In this document: positions 27,271 through 34,039 of the stretch, one piece after another
Layout: each line of letters starts with the position of its first letter
How positions within the stretch are numbered: the first letter of the stretch is position 1
Assembly: GCA_964435875.1 (NCBI GenBank)
Contig: CAYTAV010000001.1
Location: 2,318-66,317, forward strand
Length of the DNA: 64,000 nucleotides
Direction of reading: 5' to 3'
From: an uncultured Gammaproteobacteria bacterium
Lineage (GTDB): Bacteria > Patescibacteriota > Patescibacteriia > Patescibacteriales > CAYTAV01
Translations under genes and position numbers: made by a program
Notes under the pieces: model-generated
What the model was told of the DNA's origin: nothing
The model's input: only the letters and a program-made list of their open reading frames with translations
The model's database searches: none

Positions 27271-28494
27271 TTATTGATTACATTTATCATAATAATCATC
27301 TACCCTTTGGCAATAATTATTGGTGCCACATACACCGCTTGCATGACCGGGACCAGCATTGTAGCATGCAGCAAGAATACAAACCGCAGATGTGCAATTT
27401 GCAGGTGCTGTCGCTGAGCCGGGTTGACAATTTTTTATTTTCGAATAGGCATTAAGAACATTAATTCCGCATTGGATATCTTGCATTAAATCGTTACAGT
27501 CTAAGCCTTGGCAATATGATTGTCTTGTGGCTGGAATAACCTGGGAATATCCGCACTCTCCCGAGGTGCCTGGCGCGTTGCTACAACCCTCTCCTCCTAC
27601 GATAATTGATTTAACTAAAGAAGGATTAATATTATTTGCTTGGCTTAACTGGTTTATTGCGTTGTCTACTTGGGTGCATTCTCCATTATTGCAGGCTGTT
27701 CCTGGGGGTATTGAGCTTTTATTACAACAGCACCGCACCACTTCACCTCCGTAATTAGTGCCGCAATAAGAATAATCGCTGTCATTTTGCTGGTCAGTGC
27801 ATAGTGATTGCCAACTGCATCCATCAACCGGCTTGACGTTGCAGCAGCAGACCTGGCCGGTCGGAATCGGATTCGTACTTCCGCTGGTGTCAGTTCCTGC
27901 GGAGCAATCTTCCGGACTTCCATAAACATTACCGTATTCAAGACTACACTCCGATTCATCCCTAAAACCGCATCCGAATTTCCGGTCTTCTGTCGAAGCA
28001 GTGGAAATTTTTTGGATCTCTTCCTTTGCTGGGATGATGACCCGCAAGGGATTGAATTTTATCAGGTCGGGGTTGACCCAGAACATGATAGTATAAGACC
28101 CAAGAGCGAGCACAAGGCCGGTCAAGGCCGACCCAATCCAGGAGCGGGCCTCGCCGACCTTCGAGGCGTTGCCGCCGGCCGTGATCCAAATCGCCCCGCC
28201 GATGACCATGGCAACCGCGGCGACGATGCCGACGATATTGATACCCCAGTTGTAGACGACCTTGATGTATTCGGCCATCCAGGGCACGCAATAGACGTCC
28301 AACGTCTTGTCCCCGCTCTTGAAAGTGTCGCATTTCGCCGGGTCGCCGAATTTTAGCTTGTCAGAAAAGGTGATTTTCGGGTTAGGCAATGTCCATTTCG
28401 GATCTTCGGCAGATACCGAAGTTATAATAAAAAGCAAAGCAAAAATATTAATCACGCAAATCAATAGGGGGGTTAAATATTTATTTTTATTCAT
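27271..28494 (-). CDS. P3: T4SS-pilin-like (TrbC/VirB2-like) membrane core fused to a Cys-rich region and a C-terminal SLT-like lytic transglycosylase domain
   Basis: Signal peptide, then the core YNWGINIVGIVAAVAMVIGGAIWITAGGNASKVGEARSWIGSALTGLVLALGSYT. About 26 Cys follow, including two CCC triplets. C-terminal motifs are GGEGCS, GYSQVIPATRQ and AACYNAGPG. Confidence 0.7.
   Translation of the reverse strand: MNKNKYLTPLLICVINIFALLFIITSVSAEDPKWTLPNPKITFSDKLKFGDPAKCDTFKSGDKTLDVYCVPWMAEYIKVVYNWGINIVGIVAAVAMVIGGAIWITAGGNASKVGEARSWIGSALTGLVLALGSYTIMFWVNPDLIKFNPLRVIIPAKEEIQKISTASTEDRKFGCGFRDESECSLEYGNVYGSPEDCSAGTDTSGSTNPIPTGQVCCCNVKPVDGCSWQSLCTDQQNDSDYSYCGTNYGGEVVRCCCNKSSIPPGTACNNGECTQVDNAINQLSQANNINPSLVKSIIVGGEGCSNAPGTSGECGYSQVIPATRQSYCQGLDCNDLMQDIQCGINVLNAYSKIKNCQPGSATAPANCTSAVCILAACYNAGPGHASGVCGTNNYCQRVDDYYDKCNQ
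27325..27672 (-). other. SLT-like lytic transglycosylase domain within P3 (aa ~275-390)
   Basis: INPSLVKSIIVGGEGCS (compare ..A...qES.fn), GECGYSQVIPATRQ (compare GA.GLMQimp.Ta), DIQCGINVLNAY, and AACYNAGPG (compare aaYNaGpg). Confidence 0.55.
28090..28254 (-). repeat. Conserved pilin-core coding repeat, copy in P3
   Basis: About 165 nt, GC-rich, and highly similar by eye to 30004-30168 and 30792-30957. Confidence 0.8.
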
Positions 28495-28497
28495 ATA

Positions 28498-29184
28498 TCA
28501 TTCTCCTTGCGATAAGCATCTTTCTGGTGAATTAGATAGATCGTTTGGGCAACATGTACAATAGAGAGATAATGTGTTTGCATTGAATTTTTGCCAATGG
28601 CATAGGCTATTTTTCTCGCATTCTTGTTGTATAGCAGTACTATTGCATAAATATTGGCCTTTGTTTTCTTTATTATAAAATTTTGAGGCTATACATTCTG
28701 TATTGGATTCGATTTCACATCTTGATTTTAAATCCTTATCATTAATTTTATTGCAAAAAGAGATTTTTTTTAAATTATTTGCAATTTCAAAGTAGCAAAA
28801 ATTTTTATCTTCCAACATATCACATAAAATTTCATCGTTTCTTGCAATTGCAAGCTCATATATGCACCAATGCCGAATATTTTTATTTGTAATGATTTTG
28901 CACTTATTCGGTTGATTGGATGCTACAACAGTGTCCTTAATACATTGATTCCAATAATTTTCTTTATTTGGGTCACTTCTAAGCTTATCGAGAATGAGAT
29001 TGCAAATAGAAGTTTTTTTGTCCTCTTTGGCTTTATTTATGATGCATTTAACAAAAATCGAACGGTCAGTGCTTTGGCATTTTTCAAAGGTTAAATCTTT
29101 TGTTACATTTTTAATTATCAAAAAAAAGCCCGCAATAACAGTTATTATTATTCCGTAAGTAATATATTTGACATTAATAACCAT
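28498..29184 (-). CDS. Membrane-anchored Cys-rich helical-repeat partner protein C1 (hypothetical)
   Basis: N-terminal TM helix, then 18 Cys spaced every ~8-20 aa in a recurring C..I......C pattern. The gene is very AT-rich, with a 24-nt gap to P2 and a 3-nt gap to P3. Confidence 0.5.
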   Translation of the reverse strand: MVINVKYITYGIIITVIAGFFLIIKNVTKDLTFEKCQSTDRSIFVKCIINKAKEDKKTSICNLILDKLRSDPNKENYWNQCIKDTVVASNQPNKCKIITNKNIRHWCIYELAIARNDEILCDMLEDKNFCYFEIANNLKKISFCNKINDKDLKSRCEIESNTECIASKFYNKENKGQYLCNSTAIQQECEKNSLCHWQKFNANTLSLYCTCCPNDLSNSPERCLSQGE

Positions 29185-29208
29185 AATTTAAATTTAAATA
29201 CATAGGCA

Positions 29209-30393
29209 TTATCCTTTGCATTGATTATCTCCTATATGGACGTGCGTATTGTGATCAGAGCGGTATGCGTCACAACTGTTTCCACAGACACTCTCGCATC
29301 CTGAACCGCAAATAATATAAGCTCCGCTTCCTCCTCCTGCTTGGGAGCAATTGTTGTTTACAGCATTTGCGATACTACATTGTTGTTGGCAACCACTTGT
29401 ACTCCAATCTATCGCATGGTTTTGGTAATCACCAGTTTTACACCCCCAATGGCAAGAAGTACATACATGCCCGCATATACTATTGCCTCCCACGCAGTTG
29501 TTACAGCAACATGCATTTGTTGTGCAACTATTGCTAGGCGTGCCGTAACCCCCAAAACTACCAACAGATACATTGTTTTGTATGCAATCTTTTAAATCTG
29601 TTATTTTTCCTGTACCTCCATCTTTCGCGCAACAACATTGGGACAGTCCTGCCCAGTTCGTTCCGCAGTTAGACCATGAAGACGATACCTGGTCTGAAGT
29701 GCATCCCATCTTCCATTCGCATCCCTGGTTGGCGCTAACGCCGCAACAGCAGACGTTGGTGCAAACACCCGGGTCTGTCATGTCGGCCGGGCAATCGGGG
29801 GTGCAGTTGCCTATCGAACCTTCGTTAGTGACGAATCCGTATTCAGATTTTGATTCGCATTCGGATCTTGTTGATTGGTAGCAGGTGGACTCGTCGATGG
29901 TTGTGGAAGTATTGCCTGATATCGGGATAATTTCTTCCTTTGTCGGGACGGCGACGCGCAAAGGCTTGAAGCGGACCAGGTCGGGGTTGATCGCATACAT
30001 GATCGTGTATGAGCCGAGCCCGAGCAGGAGCCCGGCGAACGCTCCGCCGATCCAAGTGCGGGCTTCACCGACTTTCGAGGCGTTGCCACCGGCCGTGATC
30101 CAGATCGCCCCGCCGACGACCATGGCGATTGCGGCGATAATACCTATGATCCCGATGCCATAAGTATATATTTGTTTTAAATATACCGCCATCCAGTTGA
30201 TGCAGAGCTTTTTCGAATCGTCCGGGCAGGGGGATGGGTCGTCAAAGCTGATATTCTGGGAAAATGTGATTTTTGGGGAGGGCTTGATAAAAGCGTAAAC
30301 CGGGGAAAAATTGATAAAAAAAAGCGATATTGCACAGAACAGCATAAAAAAAAATGATAATCTTTGCATTTTGCCCGAAATATAATTTAACAT
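29209..30393 (-). CDS. P2: T4SS-pilin-like membrane core fused to a very Cys-rich ectodomain with a possible LAS-type zinc-hydrolase motif set
   Basis: Core YTYGIGIIGIIAAIAMVVGGAIWITAGGNASKVGEARTWIGGAFAGLLLGLGSYT. About 32 Cys lie downstream, including three CCC triplets. SCHWGCKTGD gives H-x6-D and HNTHVH gives HxH. An alternative start is ATG 30369 (MQRLSFFF...). Confidence 0.65.
   Translation of the reverse strand: MLNYISGKMQRLSFFFMLFCAISLFFINFSPVYAFIKPSPKITFSQNISFDDPSPCPDDSKKLCINWMAVYLKQIYTYGIGIIGIIAAIAMVVGGAIWITAGGNASKVGEARTWIGGAFAGLLLGLGSYTIMYAINPDLVRFKPLRVAVPTKEEIIPISGNTSTTIDESTCYQSTRSECESKSEYGFVTNEGSIGNCTPDCPADMTDPGVCTNVCCCGVSANQGCEWKMGCTSDQVSSSWSNCGTNWAGLSQCCCAKDGGTGKITDLKDCIQNNVSVGSFGGYGTPSNSCTTNACCCNNCVGGNSICGHVCTSCHWGCKTGDYQNHAIDWSTSGCQQQCSIANAVNNNCSQAGGGSGAYIICGSGCESVCGNSCDAYRSDHNTHVHIGDNQCKG
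30004..30168 (-). repeat. Conserved pilin-core coding repeat, copy in P2
   Basis: Nucleotide-level similarity to the P1 and P3 cores, strongest over the GGAIWITAGGNASKVGEAR-coding part. Confidence 0.75.
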
Positions 30394-30405
30394 GCCTGTT
30401 TCTGG

Positions 30406-31239
30406 CTAGTTACAGTAATAATGGTAAGTTCCTCCTCCCGCTTGGTTCGAGACGAATTTACCCCAGCAACCACTCCCGCAACATTGCGCACAGCAGGCGT
30501 ATACTGCCCCATCGACAGATTTAAAACGCGAATCGCTTGTCTCATAAACTGAAGTACCGCACGGGTAATTGCCTTCAAGGCAGTTCTGTTTTTGCCCTTG
30601 TACGCACGAATCGGTTCCTTCACCCTCGACACATTTGCATACGTCGATTGTGATTAAGTTTCCCTGGCCATCGTCGTCATGCTCTACACTCATTTCAAGA
30701 TGGTTTCCAACTCCGCAGATTGATTCTTTTTCGACCTGTTTTATCGCAGAAGTCTTGAAATTAACTAGATCCGGGTTGATCGTATTGAAAAGGCCGTAGG
30801 ACATTAGTGCAAGCACAAGGCCGGTCAGGGCCGACCCGATCCAAGCGCGGGCTTCACCGACTTTCGAGGCGTTGCCACCGGACGTGATCCAGATCGCCCC
30901 GCCGACGACCATAGCGACTGCGGCGACGATGCCGACGATATTGATGCCCCAGTTGTAGATAGCCTTGACGTATCTTGCCAGGTTGCCCGTACTATGATCG
31001 TTAGTGTCAAATGAATAACCGGGTATCTCAACCTGATTCTTAAAGTTTATGGCTGGCTGGCCGCTTTGTTGGTTTGTCGGTTTAGTTATTTCGATTCCAA
31101 GGCTGACTGTGCAGGAGCCATCGATACACTTTCCAGCATAGCCGCCCTCTGAAGGGCAATCCGAATCTATCGTACACGCAAAGATGACCGCTGGATAAAA
31201 CAGGATTAACAGAAAGAAAAAAGCATAATACCGATGCAT
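30406..31239 (-). CDS. P1: T4SS-pilin-like membrane core flanked by Cys-rich N- and C-terminal segments
   Basis: Signal peptide MHRYYAFFFLLILFYPAVIFA, then the knot-like CTIDSDCPSEGGYAGKCIDGSC. Core YNWGINIVGIVAAVAMVVGGAIWITSGGNASKVGEARAWIGSALTGLVLALMSYG. The C-terminal tail has CC..CC..C. The start at 31239 avoids overlap with ruvC. Confidence 0.65.
   Translation of the reverse strand: MHRYYAFFFLLILFYPAVIFACTIDSDCPSEGGYAGKCIDGSCTVSLGIEITKPTNQQSGQPAINFKNQVEIPGYSFDTNDHSTGNLARYVKAIYNWGINIVGIVAAVAMVVGGAIWITSGGNASKVGEARAWIGSALTGLVLALMSYGLFNTINPDLVNFKTSAIKQVEKESICGVGNHLEMSVEHDDDGQGNLITIDVCKCVEGEGTDSCVQGQKQNCLEGNYPCGTSVYETSDSRFKSVDGAVYACCAQCCGSGCWGKFVSNQAGGGTYHYYCN
30792..30957 (-). repeat. Conserved pilin-core coding repeat, copy in P1
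   Basis: Roughly nine of ten positions are identical by eye to the P3 copy over ~135 nt. Confidence 0.8.
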
Positions 31240-31270
31240 ATTGGAAATTGATGTTGTTATAAAAGTGGAT

Positions 31271-31783
31271 TTAAGGAATATTATTCGCCCCGCAGATGGC
31301 GATCGCCAGGGCGTCGGCCGCATCGTCCGGCTTAGGCAATTCATCCAGGCAAAGCAGAAGTTTTACCATTTTCTGGACCTGCGTTTTCGAAGCCGCGCCG
31401 TAAGCCGCGACCGCCTGCTTGACTTGCAGGGGGGTGAATTCGGCAACCGGAATGCCCGCCTGTTTCGCAGCCAGAAGAACGATCCCGCGTGCATGGCCGA
31501 CAACCAGGGCTGTCTTTACGTTCTTGCAGAAGAATAACTGTTCAACCGCGATCTTAGCCGGTCCATATCTTTTGATAATCGCCGTCAGGCCTGAAAATAG
31601 GCTTTCAAGCCTTTCAGGCAAAGCGTCCCGCGCGCCGGTTTTGATCGATCCATAACCGAGGCACGAGAGTTTATGGCCCTCCGAGCAGATGATCCCATAG
31701 CCGGTATCGGCGATTCCCGGGTCGATCCCGAGTATGATCCGCTTTCTAGAAGGTTGCCCTATGGGCTGAGCCGCGCTTTTCAT
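31271..31783 (-). CDS. ruvC: Crossover junction endodeoxyribonuclease RuvC
   Basis: ILGIDPG...TGYGII, the E in VEQLFF, and the C-terminal DDAADALAIA catalytic acidic residues. Confidence 0.9.
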   Translation of the reverse strand: MKSAAQPIGQPSRKRIILGIDPGIADTGYGIICSEGHKLSCLGYGSIKTGARDALPERLESLFSGLTAIIKRYGPAKIAVEQLFFCKNVKTALVVGHARGIVLLAAKQAGIPVAEFTPLQVKQAVAAYGAASKTQVQKMVKLLLCLDELPKPDDAADALAIAICGANNIP

Positions 31784-32328
31784 ATCTCGTAGATGTATGT
31801 CCTGCTCGGCACGGTGTCGATTATATCGATCGGATCGAAGCCGGGCAGTTCGAAGGCATAGGACGCGATCCTGGCTCCTGGTTTTAGCTCTTTTTTAAGC
31901 TTATTCGCTAACCTGCCCATGACATGCGATACTAAGAATATGTAGACAGCATCAGCCGGACCAAGATCCTCTTCAAAGAAATCCTTGCGGTATATCTCCG
32001 CGCTGCTATGTCGTACCCATTTCGTAAGCCTGGCCTTCAGAAAAGGGTAGGGTGAAAGCTCGAAACCGACCGTCTTAAGGCCGATTTTTTCCGCTCTGAA
32101 AAGGACCCGTCCGTCGCCGCAACCAGGATCATAGAGTACTGCGCCTTCTTTGAGACCGAGCCTGGCGAGGATGCATACGATATTCCGGTCAGGCGTCTTT
32201 ACCCAGGGGACCAGCGTCGTTATGTTCGTCCAAAGCATCGAGAGCATGAATAATATTATCGGAACAGAGAGAATTATCGTTAGAGACAGCGCCAGAACAG
32301 CCAGGGCGATCGCAGTCAGGTCAGCCAT
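31780..32328 (-). CDS. Membrane-anchored class I SAM-dependent methyltransferase
   Basis: N-terminal hydrophobic helix or helices, then SAM motif I LYDPGCGDGRVL. Confidence 0.6.
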   Translation of the reverse strand: MADLTAIALAVLALSLTIILSVPIILFMLSMLWTNITTLVPWVKTPDRNIVCILARLGLKEGAVLYDPGCGDGRVLFRAEKIGLKTVGFELSPYPFLKARLTKWVRHSSAEIYRKDFFEEDLGPADAVYIFLVSHVMGRLANKLKKELKPGARIASYAFELPGFDPIDIIDTVPSRTYIYEI

Positions 32329-32331
32329 GTT

Positions 32332-33060
32332 TCAAATGTTGCTTATGTTAGTATAATAATCGTTAACATCCTCATTCTCTTCAAGCTCCCCGACCAGCCT
32401 TTCCAGCCGTTCCCTTTCATTGTCGGCGATCTCGATCAGGTCCTTGGCTACATATTCGACTTCTGATGATTCGGCGGATATATTCTTGTCCTCTAATAAT
32501 CCCTTGATATTCTGCAGGATTTCGACCGGACAAAAAACCGTTAATCCTTCCTCCTGCGACTGGATATCGTCTGCCCCGGCTTCAATAAGCTCTAATTCGA
32601 AACCGCTGTTATCGATATTCTGGTTTTCGATTTCCTGTTTCATGATCCTGACAACGCCTTTTTTCTCGAAGTTCCACATTACCGAACCGAACGATCCTCC
32701 GTGTTTAGAGAAAATATGCCTGATCTCGCTTGCGGTCCTGTTCTTATTATCAGTCAAACAGGTTATGACGAATTGCGTATTGGCCGGCCCGACCGCTTCA
32801 TAAGCAAGCTCTTCGATTGCTGCTCCGCCTGTTTCGCCGGTCCCGCGTTTTATCGCGCGCTCGATATTTTCTTTCGGCATGTTTGCGGCCTTGGCCTTCT
32901 CGACAGCCATCCTAAGGGAAAAATTAGCTGCCGGGTCGCCGCCCTTTTCCCTGGCCGCGACGGTTATCAGCTTGCCAAGCCTTGTAAAGACCGCCCCGCG
33001 TTTAGCGTCAGCCACTCCCTTTTGCCGTTTGATCTGCGCCCATTTGCTGTGTCCGGACAT
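32332..33060 (-). CDS. yebC: YebC/PmpR family DNA-binding transcriptional regulator
   Basis: MSGHSKWAQIKRQKG.ADAKRG..F.RL....V.A...GGDP..N..LR.A...AKA.NMPK..IERAI. The start is at Met21 of the track ORF. Confidence 0.9.
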   Translation of the reverse strand: MSGHSKWAQIKRQKGVADAKRGAVFTRLGKLITVAAREKGGDPAANFSLRMAVEKAKAANMPKENIERAIKRGTGETGGAAIEELAYEAVGPANTQFVITCLTDNKNRTASEIRHIFSKHGGSFGSVMWNFEKKGVVRIMKQEIENQNIDNSGFELELIEAGADDIQSQEEGLTVFCPVEILQNIKGLLEDKNISAESSEVEYVAKDLIEIADNERERLERLVGELEENEDVNDYYTNISNI

Positions 33061-33216
33061 TTCTGTATTTAGTATTAAGAATAATGCATTCAGGGACATT
33101 CGATGATTATAAAATAACATATTTTCAATTATTAATCAAAAATAAAAGCCTTAAATTGCATTCTGTCGTAATCAGGCTATAATTAAACCAGAGCGATTCA
33201 TTATTAGCCTTATCGT

Positions 33217-34029
33217 ATGGAAACAATCACCAGCTTGCAGAACCCGGGCGTCAAGAACGTGATAAAACTGCGTAGCGCTTCCGAAAGGAAGAAGCAGGGA
33301 CTTATCGTGATCGAAGGATGCCGCGAGCTCAAACTGGCCCTGCAATCGAATTACCCGGTAAAGGAAATATATGTTTCGTCCGAATTGTATACGGGTGATG
33401 TGTCGGCTGAAGCAGGCGGCCGGAAGGTGATGCCGGTTTCAGCGGAAGTTTTCAGAAAAATATCGATGCGTGAGCATCCAGACGGTATCCTAGCGGTCGC
33501 TGAACCGAAGTTAATCGATCTCGAACACATACTATTGTCTTCCAGCCCGCTCATCATCATCCTTGAATCTGTCGAAAAGCCGGGTAATATCGGGGCAGTT
33601 CTGCGTTCCGCAGACGCCGCGGGGGCTGACGCCGTGGTGCTCTCCGATCCGTCCTGCGATTTTTATAATCCGAATGTTATCCGCGCAAGCCAGGGAACGG
33701 TGTTTACGAAGCAGGCCGCGGCTTCAACAGCTGACGAGATATTCGCCTGGCTGGCTGATAACAATATCGAACTCGTCGCGGCGACATCTTCCGCGATGAA
33801 ATCTTACTGCGAGATCGACTATCGGCGGCCCATGGCTGTTGCCCTGGGAACGGAGGCAGACGGTTTGAGCGAAGCATGGATAAAGAAGGCCAGGGAGCTC
33901 GTTAAAATCCCGATGCAGGGAGCGATCGACTCGCTCAATGTCTCCGTTGCCGCCGCCGTGATCGTTTTCGAGGCAGTCAGACAGAGGAGGATGAATTATG
34001 AATCAGGAGTTATGAATCAGGAGTTATGA
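33217..34029 (+). CDS. TrmH/SpoU-family RNA 2'-O-methyltransferase
   Basis: SpoU motifs LE.V..PGNIGA.LRSA.A.G, NP.VIRAS.G, and LG.E..GLS.......IPM.G..DSLNVS.A.A. Confidence 0.8.
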   Translation: METITSLQNPGVKNVIKLRSASERKKQGLIVIEGCRELKLALQSNYPVKEIYVSSELYTGDVSAEAGGRKVMPVSAEVFRKISMREHPDGILAVAEPKLIDLEHILLSSSPLIIILESVEKPGNIGAVLRSADAAGADAVVLSDPSCDFYNPNVIRASQGTVFTKQAAASTADEIFAWLADNNIELVAATSSAMKSYCEIDYRRPMAVALGTEADGLSEAWIKKARELVKIPMQGAIDSLNVSVAAAVIVFEAVRQRRMNYESGVMNQEL

Positions 34030-34039
34030 ATCAGGAGTT
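33998..34039 (+). repeat. Tandem repeat, 14 bp x 3 (ATGAATCAGGAGTT) spanning the trmH stop and the GH130 start
   Basis: Three perfect head-to-tail copies, each carrying an ATG. The last copy supplies both the TGA stop of the upstream gene (34027-34029) and the ATG of the downstream gene (34026). Confidence 0.9.

Noticed and set aside
27808-28356. Plus-strand ORFs (182 aa and others) opposite the pilin-core genes.
   Set aside because: These are antisense shadows of the GC-rich conserved core. The translations are Arg/Pro/Gly-rich with no features, while the minus-strand frames give coherent signal peptide, TM core and domain architecture.
26480-29200. The AT-rich accessory segments (also 5.4-7.3 kb and 44.4-46.1 kb) as integrated mobile elements.
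   Set aside because: No integrase, transposase, recombinase or phage-like gene was found. There are no flanking direct or inverted repeats, and the tRNA genes are not adjacent to these segments.
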